Positions 1 to 10,211 of a stretch of 64,000 bases of DNA are shown piece after piece. How positions within the stretch are numbered: position 1 is the first letter of the stretch; the number at the start of each line of letters is the position of its first letter. A program made the position numbers and the translations under genes. Location: positions 2,496,001-2,560,000 of the forward strand of contig CAXXTU010000002.1 in assembly GCA_963662655.2 (NCBI GenBank), written 5' to 3'. Source of the DNA: Candidatus Cloacimonadales bacterium (GTDB taxonomy: Bacteria; Cloacimonadota; Cloacimonadia; Cloacimonadales; JAIOQZ01). The notes under the pieces were generated by a model. It ran no database searches. It saw nothing but the letters and a program-made list of their open reading frames with translations, and was not told the origin of the DNA.

Positions 1-575
1 GCGATCTTCCGCTTCCGGTCTTTGTATTGCTCGATGAGCTTTTCCAGGTACTTCAGATCAACCAGCCCGTCGGCTCTCGCTCGTACGACCTCGACATCGG
101 CGATCGTTTCCAGCCAGGATGTGTGGTTCGAGTGATGCTCCATGTGTGTAATGAACACAACCGGTCGCTCGCTTTCCTCGATCTTGAAGCAATCGCAATG
201 TTGCTCCGGGATCTTCAAACCCAGAATGCGCTGCAGCTTGACCACGGCCGCAGTCATGCCCGATCCCTCCAGCATAATCACATCGTCCGGCCCGGCGTTG
301 ACATGCTGCTTGATGATCTTCTGCGCCTGATGGTAGGCCTTTGTCATGGCCGTACCGGTCACGGTGGTTTCCGTATGCGTGTTGCCGATAAAGGGACCGA
401 TTTCGTTCGTCAACCGATCTTCAATAACGCGGTAGAAACGAGCGCTGGCGGTCCAATCGGAGTAAATAACGGTCTTTCTTCCATATGGTGTCTCAAATTC
501 CTGATCTCTGCCTATAACCTGATTTCGATAAGGCTCGAAATATTTCTCGAGATCGCTTTCGTACTTTCTGCTCAT
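1..575 (-). CDS. Class V PLP aminotransferase (cysteine desulfurase/selenocysteine lyase-like), 3' end runs off the window
   Basis: Not in the ORF track. Manual minus-strand translation from ATG 575 (GAGGA RBS) gives MSRKYESDLEKYF...TVIYSDWTASAR...NTHTE...FITHMEHHSN, typical class V motifs. Confidence 0.85.
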   Translation of the reverse strand, partial: MSRKYESDLEKYFEPYRNQVIGRDQEFETPYGRKTVIYSDWTASARFYRVIEDRLTNEIGPFIGNTHTETTVTGTAMTKAYHQAQKIIKQHVNAGPDDVIMLEGSGMTAAVVKLQRILGLKIPEQHCDCFKIEESERPVVFITHMEHHSNHTSWLETIADVEVVRARADGLVDLKYLEKLIEQYKDRKRKI

Positions 576-592
576 AGTAATCCTCTATTATC

Positions 593-1960
593 TTATTGTA
601 TATAAATCGTTTTAATATTCACAAACTCGCGGATGCCGAAGAGGGCCAATTCCCGTCCATATCCGCTTTCACCGACTCCGCCGAACGGCAGACGGGGATC
701 CGAGCGGACAAAGCTGTTCACGAAGCAGCACCCCGCGTTCAACTTTCTCCAAGCGATATCCTCAGCATGGGTCACATCCTCCGAGAATACGGCAGCCCCA
801 AGACCGAACGAGGTATCGTTGGCAATGCGAATCGCGTCCTCCTCGTCCTCTGCGCGGATGATGACCGCCACGGGGCCGAAAAGCTCTTCCGAATAAGCCG
901 GCATTCCCTCAGCGACGTCCGTAAGAAGCGTGGGGGCGTACCAGGCTCCCACCCGTTTATGTAATACACCGCCCATCAGGCACTTCGCACCGGAGACGAT
1001 GCTTCTCAACACCTGATCGTGCAGTTCGTCGCGCAGGTCCGTACGAGCCATCGGTCCGATCGCCGTGTTCTCGTCCATGGGATCGCCGAAGTGGATATTG
1101 CCCATCAGGTCGACAACCTTTTCGGTGAAATCGTCGGCGACTTCCTTAACCACGATAAATCGCTTGGCAGCGATACAACTCTGCCCGGTATTGATCATGC
1201 GACTTTTGACGCATTGCTCGGCGGCGAGCTCGATATTGGCATCTTTCAGAATGATGTACGGATCGCTTCCGCCCAGTTCCAGTACCGTTTTCTTGATCGC
1301 GCTTCCGGCGATCGCCGCGACGGATTTTCCCGCCTCGGTACTGCCGGTCAAGGTCACTGCGCGCACGAGAGAGTGACGTATGGTCGATTCGACTGCATGG
1401 CTCCCCACCGGGATGGTGCGAAAGAGGTGTTCGGGGAAACCCGCTTCCCGGAATATTTCTTCGATCGCCAGCGCGCAGCCCGTCACATTGGAGGCGTGCT
1501 TGAGAATCGCGGCGTTCCCGGCCATCAACGAAGGTGCGGCAAAACGAAAAACCTGCCAGAAGGGAAAATTCCAGGGCATCACCGCCAGAATTACGCCCAG
1601 CGGCTCGAAGGCGATGAAACTCTTGCTGGCCTCTGTACGAATCTGCTCGGCTGCAAGAAAGGATGCTGCGTTCTCCGCATAGTAGTCGCAAACCCATGCG
1701 CATTTTTCAATTTCCGATTCGCTTTCGCGGATCGGCTTTCCCATCTCTTGCGTCATGATCAGGGCCAGTTGACGGGTCCTGCGGCGCATAATCGACGAGG
1801 CTTTCATCAGGTGATACGCGCGGATTCCCATGGATACTTCACGCCAGGCGAGATGCGCTTCGTTCGCGAGCCGGATCGTTTGATCGATCTTTTCCGCTGT
1901 GAATTCCTCATAGACGGCTAATTCTTGATTGTCTGCCGGGTTTATCGAGCGTAATGCCAT
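593..1960 (-). CDS. NAD(P)-dependent succinate-semialdehyde dehydrogenase (Sad/GabD-type aldehyde dehydrogenase)
   Basis: ALDH motifs MPWNFP, LKHAS, TGS, LELGGSDP, GQSCIA, EELFGP, PFGG..SGYGRE. Confidence 0.92.
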   Translation of the reverse strand: MALRSINPADNQELAVYEEFTAEKIDQTIRLANEAHLAWREVSMGIRAYHLMKASSIMRRRTRQLALIMTQEMGKPIRESESEIEKCAWVCDYYAENAASFLAAEQIRTEASKSFIAFEPLGVILAVMPWNFPFWQVFRFAAPSLMAGNAAILKHASNVTGCALAIEEIFREAGFPEHLFRTIPVGSHAVESTIRHSLVRAVTLTGSTEAGKSVAAIAGSAIKKTVLELGGSDPYIILKDANIELAAEQCVKSRMINTGQSCIAAKRFIVVKEVADDFTEKVVDLMGNIHFGDPMDENTAIGPMARTDLRDELHDQVLRSIVSGAKCLMGGVLHKRVGAWYAPTLLTDVAEGMPAYSEELFGPVAVIIRAEDEEDAIRIANDTSFGLGAAVFSEDVTHAEDIAWRKLNAGCCFVNSFVRSDPRLPFGGVGESGYGRELALFGIREFVNIKTIYIQ

Positions 1961-1974
1961 CTTTCCTCCATTTT

Positions 1975-2799
1975 CTACATCATGCGCATGGTTCCCTTGA
2001 AGAAACCTACGTCGAGCAGCATGATCATCGCTCCCTGCTTCTTGTTCAGATCGCCGGTTATCTCTTCGATTCCGCTTACGATTTCATCGCTGCGACTCTC
2101 TGGAATCAGGGTAAGAATCGTCTTGCTGTGGTTTTTGTTTTCCCGCATGAATCCGATGAAATCCGCGAAAATGGGTATATTGGAGATGTATTCCCCCATC
2201 CCGAACGATTCGATGACGGTCGCACCTTCGATGCCCGTCTCGATGAAAAACTCGAGAATATCGTACAGCAAGTCGTCAAAGTACAGGATGATCACCAGCG
2301 CTTTCATTTTCTCGCTTTCGGACGCCTTGCCGGAGATAACGCGCGTATTGCGCAGGAATGTTTCGACAAGGACCGTCTTGGACGCCGAATGCAAAAGCTC
2401 CTGCTTCGCGTTGGTCTTGCTAAGCGTTCGAGAAATCAGCGCCAGGATTTTCAGGTGATCGTCGACCCGAGACTCCGGTCCGAGAAGCAAGATCAGGACT
2501 CTGACTTTCTTTTTGTCCATCGAATCGAATTCGATGCCCTTGGGCGCAACTGCGATACAGATCAGGAATTCTTCCAATCCTTCGACGCGAGCGTGCGGAA
2601 TGGCAATTTCATTCCCGAAACCTGTCGTGCCCTGCTTCTCACGGGCTTCTATCTTCGCGTGGATTTCCGACCAATCTGCGGATTTCAGCGCCTTGCTTTT
2701 GCAGGCGAGTTGCGCGAGCTTCCTGAGAGCCTCATCTTTCGTCCTTGCGGTGAAATTGGTGCTGCAAGCGCGTTCGTCGAACATGGGATAGAGATTCAT
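1975..2799 (-). CDS. PTS EIIA (Ntr/Fru-type) domain fused to a C-terminal PII-like domain
   Basis: N-terminal REKQGTTGFGNEIAIPHAR (phospho-His motif). C-terminal MKALVIIL...GIEGATVIESFGMG...SKTILTLI resembles a PII-like fold. 4-nt overlap with the antiporter gene. Confidence 0.8.
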   Translation of the reverse strand: MNLYPMFDERACSTNFTARTKDEALRKLAQLACKSKALKSADWSEIHAKIEAREKQGTTGFGNEIAIPHARVEGLEEFLICIAVAPKGIEFDSMDKKKVRVLILLLGPESRVDDHLKILALISRTLSKTNAKQELLHSASKTVLVETFLRNTRVISGKASESEKMKALVIILYFDDLLYDILEFFIETGIEGATVIESFGMGEYISNIPIFADFIGFMRENKNHSKTILTLIPESRSDEIVSGIEEITGDLNKKQGAMIMLLDVGFFKGTMRMM

Positions 2800-4052
2800 C
2801 GTGCCCCCATTTCATTTCCGTGGATGATTGCGTACTTTGAGAGCAAAGGTCCTGTAAGCTCGTTCACGAATACGGAGAACAGGACGATATTGACCATATT
2901 ATCGATGACTTTCACGTATTGTGGTTCCAGGTTTGCCAGAAGCGGCGATGCTTGAACGAGAAGCACGAGTCCAATGGCCACACCCGCTTGCGGAAGCATG
3001 CATAGACCGAGGTATTTACGGATTGAAGCGGATGTTCTGCCCATGGCGCATCCTGCGTAGACGCCGCCGTACTTACCCACAGCTCTTGCGAGGATATAAA
3101 CGCCTCCCAGCATCAGGATTTCGCCCTGGAAGATGATATGCGGCTGGAGCTCCGTACCCGCGATAACAAAGAAAAGCGCGTAGATCGGTGGGGTGAGCGG
3201 CTCCAGAATCCGGAAGATTCGATGGTTACGGGCGGACATGTTGATGATTAGCGCTCCCGCCGCCATATTGGTGATCAGCGGAGAGAGATGAAACACGATC
3301 GCCGCTGCGGTCGAAAGAAAGAATATACCCAGGGTGATGATCATAATTTCATGGGTGTTGTTCTTGCGGAAAGTCAGACGATGAATCAGATACCCGCTAA
3401 CTGCTCCTATGGCAACGGACAGCAGCACTTCCAATACAGCGAACGACATCACGCTCAAGCCGCTGGCCGATTCTGACGGCGCGCCAAGCATCCCTGAAAC
3501 AACCGCGAAGATGATACCGAAGAGAATCACACAACCGGCATCGTCGAGTGCGACAACACCATACAGGTAGTCGATGAAAATACCATGCGCCCGAAGCGAT
3601 TGAACGATCGCGACCGTCGCCGCCGGGGCTGTCGCGGAGGCAATCGCACCCAGAAGCATCGCGAAAGGGGTATCCAGTCCGGCCAGTATCAATCCCGCAC
3701 TCACCAGGCCGAATGTCGCAAGAATCTGCACCACGGTGATGATCACCACGGCCTTTCCCATGCGCTTGAGCTTTACCCAGTAAAACTCACCTCCAATGGT
3801 GAGGGCGATAAGCCCCAGAGCGATTTCGGTGACGATTTTCAGCGACTGGTTCATGTGATGAGGAATTACGCCCAGAACCGAATCTCCCAGAATCAGACCA
3901 CCGATAATGAAGCCGGTGATCTCGGGCAGTTTCAGCTTGGCGGCTGCTTTGCCGAAGAAATATCCCAGGAGCAACAGAATTCCGACAGAGAACAACGCAT
4001 GATGCGTCAGAATGTCCTTGATCTGATGATAGCCTGAAAGGAAATATTCCAT
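2796..4052 (-). CDS. Cation:proton antiporter (CPA2/Kef family)
   Basis: Many hydrophobic helices; KLPEITGFIIGG, IGGEF, ASATAPAAT, VALDDA, LPQAGVAIG. Start moved to ATG 4052 (MEYF). Confidence 0.9.
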   Translation of the reverse strand: MEYFLSGYHQIKDILTHHALFSVGILLLLGYFFGKAAAKLKLPEITGFIIGGLILGDSVLGVIPHHMNQSLKIVTEIALGLIALTIGGEFYWVKLKRMGKAVVIITVVQILATFGLVSAGLILAGLDTPFAMLLGAIASATAPAATVAIVQSLRAHGIFIDYLYGVVALDDAGCVILFGIIFAVVSGMLGAPSESASGLSVMSFAVLEVLLSVAIGAVSGYLIHRLTFRKNNTHEIMIITLGIFFLSTAAAIVFHLSPLITNMAAGALIINMSARNHRIFRILEPLTPPIYALFFVIAGTELQPHIIFQGEILMLGGVYILARAVGKYGGVYAGCAMGRTSASIRKYLGLCMLPQAGVAIGLVLLVQASPLLANLEPQYVKVIDNMVNIVLFSVFVNELTGPLLSKYAIIHGNEMGAR

Positions 4053-4386
4053 TTGCAGCACCTTTCCCGCGAGATTTTTTATGCCTGAAATCCAATGTTG
4101 AATAATGAAGGTTATATTTGATACTGTCAATAGAATTTTTATACAAACGGGCAAACGGACGGCACTTTTTTGAGAGAATGAAACACGCTCGATACAGAAG
4201 TCCCGTCGCGAGCATGCTTGTAACGGAATTTGCGAAAGCAAGGGCAAATTCCCTTCCAAGCAGCACCGCGACAGCCCGCCCACCCGTTATACGAGCTTGT
4301 TTCATTGTGGGGAGTCGCGCAGATCGAAAAATGTTGCCAGAAAACCGGCAACCGGGAAGATTGCCGAAAAGAAGTTTGGAGGCAGA

Positions 4387-5706
4387 ATGCAGAAGATAGA
4401 TATGCTTGTGAGGGGCGGGACCGTGGTAACGGTCAATCCTGAAATGGACATTTTCGAAAAGGGCGCAATGGCGATTCACAAGGGCAAGATACTGGAAGTC
4501 GGAACGGAGGAAAACCTTGCGGGTAAATACGAGGCTTCTTCCACCCATGACGCCCGTGGCGGCTACATCATTCCCGGACTCGTAAACGCGCACACGCATA
4601 TCTCCATGAGCTATTTCAGGGGCGTCGCGGATGACCTTGCGCTGCACGAATGGCTCCAGAATTTCATCTGGCCGCTCGAGGGAAAATTCCTGGCCGACGA
4701 GTTCATCTATCACGCGTCCCTGCATGGCATCGCGGAAATGGTTCGCAACGGAGTCACCTCCTTCTGCGACATGTACTTCATGGAGGGGGCCACGGCGAGG
4801 GCAGTTACCCGAGCCGGGGTGCGTGGCGTGCTGGGCGAAGGCGTTGTGGAGTTCCCCGTGGTGAATTACACCAAAGCCGAGCAGATGATCGACTATGCGG
4901 TCGAGCAGCATCTCGCCTACAGGGACAACGATCTGGTGGAATTCATCTCCGCTCCACACGCGATCTACACTTGCAACAAGGATCACCTGATCATGGCCGC
5001 CGAAAAAGCGCGCGCAAACGGCATGCGACTCCTGATTCACCTCGCAGAGACCGAGAAAGAGCGCAGCGACGCAATCGAGCAGTTCGGGAACTCGCCCGTG
5101 CGCTATCTGAACGACATCGGTTTTCTCGGAAAAGACGTAATTGCGGCGCACTGCGTATGGGTCGATGAGGAAGAGCAGGAAATCCTCGCGCGCACCAGGA
5201 CGGGCGTAGCTATTTGCACGGAGAGCAATTTGAAGCTCGCATCCGGTTTCGCTCCCATCAAAGGTTACAAACAGCACGGCGTTCGACTCGCGTTTGGAAC
5301 GGATGGCGTTGCCAGCAACAATAACCTGAGCATCATCGAGGAGATGGGGACAACCGCGAAGCTTCACAAGGCTCTGAACAGCGATCCCACATTCCTGCCA
5401 GCGGAGGAAGCCCTCCGCATGGCCACCGTGGGAGGTGCGGATGTACTCGGACTGAGCGATCGAACCGGCTCTCTCGAAGTTGGGAAATCGGCCGATTTCA
5501 TCGTGCTTCACTGCGATACGGTTGAAACCGAGCCCATCTACAACATTTATTCCCACCTCTGCTATACACTGAACAGCAGCAACATCGACGACGTATTTGT
5601 CGCAGGCAAGTCCCTGATGCTCGGCAGGAAGCTGCAAACCCTGGATGAAGCGGAACTGCTCGCTCGCGCCAGGGAATACCGCAGCAAGATCCGCGCAACC
5701 GTGTAG
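4387..5706 (+). CDS. Amidohydrolase, MTA/SAH deaminase (MtaD)-like
   Basis: PGLVNAHTH, APHAIY, IHLAET, AAHCV, ESNLKLASG, GTDGVASNN. Start ATG 4387 after GGAGG. Confidence 0.85.
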   Translation: MQKIDMLVRGGTVVTVNPEMDIFEKGAMAIHKGKILEVGTEENLAGKYEASSTHDARGGYIIPGLVNAHTHISMSYFRGVADDLALHEWLQNFIWPLEGKFLADEFIYHASLHGIAEMVRNGVTSFCDMYFMEGATARAVTRAGVRGVLGEGVVEFPVVNYTKAEQMIDYAVEQHLAYRDNDLVEFISAPHAIYTCNKDHLIMAAEKARANGMRLLIHLAETEKERSDAIEQFGNSPVRYLNDIGFLGKDVIAAHCVWVDEEEQEILARTRTGVAICTESNLKLASGFAPIKGYKQHGVRLAFGTDGVASNNNLSIIEEMGTTAKLHKALNSDPTFLPAEEALRMATVGGADVLGLSDRTGSLEVGKSADFIVLHCDTVETEPIYNIYSHLCYTLNSSNIDDVFVAGKSLMLGRKLQTLDEAELLARAREYRSKIRATV

Positions 5707-5713
5707 GATAACC

Positions 5714-6463
5714 ATGGCACGCTACGCGATCAAGCTCTCTTACGACGGTACCCATTTCGTCGGCTGGCAGATACAGGTTTTCGGACGCACGGTGCAGGGA
5801 GTCTTGGAAGATGCGCTTGCGAAATTAGCGAAGAAGCCGGTGGGGGTCATGGGATCCGGACGTACCGATTCGGGCGTGCATGCCCTGGAACAGGTTGCGC
5901 ACTTCGATCTGGAGGTCAACATGACGCCGCAGCAGATTCATCTCGCGTTGCGAACCTTCCTTCCCCACGATGTCGGCATTCTGGACATCGTCCCCGTCCC
6001 CGAAGACTTCCATGCGCGATACGACGCCTGTCAGCGCGATTACCAGTATCACATCGCAAAGGAACGCACGCCGTTCAATCGACTGTACCGCTCAACATTC
6101 GCACGAAAGAAAATACTGCCCGATCGAATCGAAGCATGCCGCCCCCATTTGCTCGGCAGGCACGATTTTGCTGCATTCTGTAAGCCCAACCCGGATATCC
6201 CCAACACCGTCTGCGATCTCAAACGATTGGACTTCGAGCCCGAGGAAGGCGGGTGGGTGTTTTATCTCTCGGCTGACCGGTTTCTTCATAACATGGTCCG
6301 TAGAATTGTGGGCTGCATTATTATAACCACCCATAGAGGGCTGGACCCCGAAATCATAACCAAATTGCTCGAAAGTGGAAAATCAGACCAGCTTCTTACC
6401 CCGACAGCACCCCCGCAGGGACTCTACCTCTCCAAAGTACACTATCCTGAAAACCTGATCTGA
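5714..6463 (+). CDS. truA: tRNA pseudouridine(38-40) synthase
   Basis: YDGTHFVGWQ, GSGRTDSGVHA, FHARY, FLHNMVRRIVG, TAPPQGLYL. Confidence 0.95.
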   Translation: MARYAIKLSYDGTHFVGWQIQVFGRTVQGVLEDALAKLAKKPVGVMGSGRTDSGVHALEQVAHFDLEVNMTPQQIHLALRTFLPHDVGILDIVPVPEDFHARYDACQRDYQYHIAKERTPFNRLYRSTFARKKILPDRIEACRPHLLGRHDFAAFCKPNPDIPNTVCDLKRLDFEPEEGGWVFYLSADRFLHNMVRRIVGCIIITTHRGLDPEIITKLLESGKSDQLLTPTAPPQGLYLSKVHYPENLI

Positions 6464-6488
6464 GCTCGCGAACGCATTTACCAGAATT

Positions 6489-8177
6489 TTACTCTTGCTT
6501 CACCTTGCCGTAGATAGGGTAAATGCTTAGCTCTTTACCCTTCCATGACCGTACAATATCCCTGTCCCTGAATGTGACCAGCAAGTTCATCTCTTCGCTG
6601 ACAGACCTTTTAAATGTAAACATCTTACGGTACTCCTTATCCAGAACATCGAATGTACACAAGTTGTATTTGCTTTCTTCAATATAAATCTTGCTCTTCA
6701 GCACATGGACGTAAGTTTCCTTTTCGCCCATGATTCGGTAAACATCGTATCCTTGAAGAAAATCGACCATTTCGTAATTGTGGGCATCTATCTTGAATAT
6801 CCCTTTATCCATCTCGATGTAGAAGAAATCATCGGTAACTCCCAGCATCATATAATCGTCGGTTTCAGAATTGTAAACCAGTGTATTTTCCATTATCAAA
6901 GACACCAACATAAATTGTTCATCCAGCATGTGATCTATCATGGAATACATTTTAAAGCCGTTTTCCTTGTCGTATGTCCAAAATGACTTCTTTGAGATCA
7001 TGTAATGTTGGTCCCCGATCGCTATTTCATCCAGAAACACAGCGTTAGCGCTGCAACGAGTCCTATTGGTAACCTTACCATCAGCGGGATCAATCTCGAG
7101 AACGTATGGGTTGCCAGTGTTTTCAATGTACATCTTTCCCCTCGAAAAAGACCGGTCAGATATGTAACGCGCTCCTCCATAGGATATTAAATACAACATC
7201 CCATTATCCAGATAAAGCGATGATTGATATGCGAAGTCTTCATGAGGAAATTTCCAGTCCAATTTACCGGTAGCAAAATCATATCCCGTCATTTCGCGAT
7301 TCAGGGAGAATATCACCTTTCCATCGTAAATCACGACATTCGAGTACAATTTCGTTAGAAACCTCAGTCCCTCTGTTAACCGCATACCCGTAAGATGCAT
7401 GAGTACCTGAGCCCCAAACTCCTCTCTATGGCCGACAGCCATGTCCGTATCATAAGAAATGGACCAGATGCTCGATGCTGTAAAATTGATCGCGATCAGC
7501 TGTTTCTCCCCCTGAAAAACATAACCGTCTTCCGACTCATACCGGTTAAACTCCTTCTCGACGAACTTGATCTCTGTCATGTCCGACGTGAGAGGATGCT
7601 CCTCGCCAGTCTTGACATCCCAAAGGAAATATTCAACGTTCTTGTCGGCCCATCTTTTCAGCAATACAAAATTATCCTTGGGGCCGTCAAAAGGAAGCTC
7701 GATCAGTTCTCCCGAAACAGCAAACAGCGAATCGCCATTGGCCATGTCAACGGCAACAGTGAAGCCATCGGCTCTCGAGGACATTTTCGTCGAGCTGATC
7801 AAAACGTCTTTGTCTTCTCCCGCCAATCGATACGTGAACTTATTGGTAGATACCATACTTTCCCAGATGGTCTCTTCTTTTATAAAGTCATACAGAAAAA
7901 TCGGGTAGAAGCCCTTCTCGGTATCGGCAGACTGAATCAATACATAATCGGTGCCCGGAACAAACTCAACGATATCGGCTGAGGAAACATCAAACATAAG
8001 TGTTTTACCCGTTGGAGAATATACACTTCCGGATTCCGCGTCCAACGTACTGCTTTCTTTCGTGATCTCTATATCAATTGGCTTTCCCGGCTGCTTGAAA
8101 GTTAATGTGACCGGCACACAGCCAACAATGAACAAAACAGCGCTCAAAAGGCACATTTTAACCATAATCCGTTTCAT
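6489..8177 (-). CDS. Hypothetical lipoprotein with PQQ-like beta-propeller repeats
   Basis: Signal peptide ending IVG-C (lipobox); repeats AVDMANG, WDVKTGE, YDFATGKLDW, IDPADGK; lower GC than neighbours. Confidence 0.6.
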   Translation of the reverse strand: MKRIMVKMCLLSAVLFIVGCVPVTLTFKQPGKPIDIEITKESSTLDAESGSVYSPTGKTLMFDVSSADIVEFVPGTDYVLIQSADTEKGFYPIFLYDFIKEETIWESMVSTNKFTYRLAGEDKDVLISSTKMSSRADGFTVAVDMANGDSLFAVSGELIELPFDGPKDNFVLLKRWADKNVEYFLWDVKTGEEHPLTSDMTEIKFVEKEFNRYESEDGYVFQGEKQLIAINFTASSIWSISYDTDMAVGHREEFGAQVLMHLTGMRLTEGLRFLTKLYSNVVIYDGKVIFSLNREMTGYDFATGKLDWKFPHEDFAYQSSLYLDNGMLYLISYGGARYISDRSFSRGKMYIENTGNPYVLEIDPADGKVTNRTRCSANAVFLDEIAIGDQHYMISKKSFWTYDKENGFKMYSMIDHMLDEQFMLVSLIMENTLVYNSETDDYMMLGVTDDFFYIEMDKGIFKIDAHNYEMVDFLQGYDVYRIMGEKETYVHVLKSKIYIEESKYNLCTFDVLDKEYRKMFTFKRSVSEEMNLLVTFRDRDIVRSWKGKELSIYPIYGKVKQE

Positions 8178-8299
8178 GCACAACTCCTTGTGTAAATCCG
8201 ATGAATGTAAGAAATGATGTTGAAAAAGGGCTGGCGAGACAGATTACGTCAAGTTAAAAATCCAATTCCAGCGGGGCTGAGAAAGGAATTATTCGTGTG

Positions 8300-10156
8300 T
8301 CAGCTCGTTCTTTTTCGTTTGGAGAGAAGGATTGTCGATCGAAGGTCCTCCGCGTCGACGGCTTCCAGCCATTTCATCATGAACGACTTGTTTTGCAGCA
8401 TCTGGGCGATCGCCATCAACGCGCGCAAGTGCAGATCGCGCTTGTCCATGGTTCCCATGAGAACGAACACGGCGTTGACCGGCTCCGATTCCTCGTCCCA
8501 CCGAATCCCGTCACGATTGCGCACAAGCACGATCTCGAAATGGTCGGAGCCCTCAAGAATGATGTGAGGAACCGCGACACCCGGTATGATATTCGTGTTG
8601 GACATCACTTCACGGTCGCAGAACATGCCGTAAACCTGCTCCGATTCGAGCCTCAGATGCGGGGACAATTCGGATGCGATGGTCTTGAAGAATTTCTCAC
8701 GGTCCATCGGGGATTTCTGATCGATAATATGCGCATCTCGCACAAGGATATCGAATTCATCTTCCACGATGCTTTCACGTTCCTTGAGGATACCCAGCAG
8801 CTCGTTTTCCAGCTTCTCGAAATTGGTCTCGCTGATGATGATGCGGTTGAGAATGTTCATCGCCAGGCGCACCAGGGCCGAGTGCCGCTTCTCGAAACGG
8901 TGGTAGAAGATTCGATACCAGGCATAAGCAAACGCGATGAAACCGATCGTGATCAGCAGCGGAACGGATCCCATCTGCGCGATGAGGATCGAATAGGCGA
9001 TGATCGCGAAGATCTGCAGCCAGGGGAATAAGGGAGCCTTGAAGGTTGGTTTGTAATTCCGGATTCCGGCATAGCGCACAACGATGAGCGAGAAATTCAC
9101 CATGATGAACATCAGAATCATGAAAGTGGAAGCCACCTTCGCCAGCATCTCCACTTCGAGGAAGACTACGACGATGATCATGAACGCCGATGTCGTCAGA
9201 ATGGAAACCCAGGGGGTTCCAAATTTTGGGCTTACATGTCCGAATACTTTCGGGAGGATGTAATCGCGGCTCATGGCCATGGGAACTCGCGACGCGGAAA
9301 GGATCCCCGCGTTTGCCGTGGTGATGAAAGCAGCCATTGCCGCGAACGACATCACGATCAACCCGGGCGTCCCGGCAATTACTTTCGCAGCTGTCGAAAT
9401 CGGCGTGAGAGTTCCGGATAATTCTTTGTGCGGAAGTACTCCGATGGTCACAGCAACAACCAGAACGTAGAGTATGGAAACGATCCCATAAGCCCAAAGC
9501 ATCGCCTTGGGAATGAGCCGCCCAGCCTCTTTGCTTTCTTCGGCGACGCTGTCGATCTTGGTCAGGCCGGCATAGGAGATGAAAACAAGCCCGGTCGCTT
9601 CCAGAATCGGTCGATACTTGCTAACGATGAAGGGACGGAAGAATTCGGGCCTTGCATTGGGATATCCGACAATGACATACGCAGCAAGCGCTCCAAGCAG
9701 AAAAATGACGAAGGCTACCTGGAACTTCCCCGAAGTTTTCACACTCACCAGATTCAGAATCGTGAAAAACAAGCAGAATCCCACCGCGACCAGCTTCATG
9801 TTGTCGAATGTGGGAAACACAAGGACTGCAAACGCGCCAATTCCAATAAGGGCAAACGAGCTTTTCAAGGCAATCGAAAACCAGTTGGCAAACCCTGCGA
9901 GAACCCCGGCTGGCGTGCCGAGAATTCGATCCACATAGAAATAATCGCCCCCGCTGCGTGTCATGGCTGTGGCGAGCTCCGCCTTCGAGAGCACACTCGG
10001 CAGCATGAGGATCGCTGCAAAAACATAGGACATGATGCTGGCTGGTCCTGCCTCGCTATATGCAATGGAAGGCAAGACGAACAAGCCGGACGAAATCATT
10101 GCGCCAGCGGCAAGACTGAATAAAGCGAAAAAACCGAGATTCTTCGTTAAAGGCAT
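8300..10156 (-). CDS. APC-family amino acid permease with C-terminal PTS EIIA domain
   Basis: GAMISSGLFVLP, AELATAM..SGGDY, ISYAG, AEE, SRVPMAMSRD; C-terminal REVMSNTNIIPGVAVPH. Start ATG 10156 with AGGAG RBS. Confidence 0.9.
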   Translation of the reverse strand: MPLTKNLGFFALFSLAAGAMISSGLFVLPSIAYSEAGPASIMSYVFAAILMLPSVLSKAELATAMTRSGGDYFYVDRILGTPAGVLAGFANWFSIALKSSFALIGIGAFAVLVFPTFDNMKLVAVGFCLFFTILNLVSVKTSGKFQVAFVIFLLGALAAYVIVGYPNARPEFFRPFIVSKYRPILEATGLVFISYAGLTKIDSVAEESKEAGRLIPKAMLWAYGIVSILYVLVVAVTIGVLPHKELSGTLTPISTAAKVIAGTPGLIVMSFAAMAAFITTANAGILSASRVPMAMSRDYILPKVFGHVSPKFGTPWVSILTTSAFMIIVVVFLEVEMLAKVASTFMILMFIMVNFSLIVVRYAGIRNYKPTFKAPLFPWLQIFAIIAYSILIAQMGSVPLLITIGFIAFAYAWYRIFYHRFEKRHSALVRLAMNILNRIIISETNFEKLENELLGILKERESIVEDEFDILVRDAHIIDQKSPMDREKFFKTIASELSPHLRLESEQVYGMFCDREVMSNTNIIPGVAVPHIILEGSDHFEIVLVRNRDGIRWDEESEPVNAVFVLMGTMDKRDLHLRALMAIAQMLQNKSFMMKWLEAVDAEDLRSTILLSKRKRTS

Positions 10157-10211
10157 CGTTTCTCCTGTCCTTTCCTTGTTCAACGAGAACAGAGCCAGCT
10201 TATTACACTAC

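Noticed and set aside
27..605. 192-aa plus-strand ORF, and similar long antisense ORFs (3787-5715, 19613-20641, 59863-61380, 62537-63493)
   Set aside because: Shadow frames opposite well-supported genes; no motifs or RBS
4144..4165. GGGCAAAC resembling the start of a c-di-GMP-I riboswitch
   Set aside because: Downstream GAAA-loop stem and GACGCAAAG elements are not in the required arrangement
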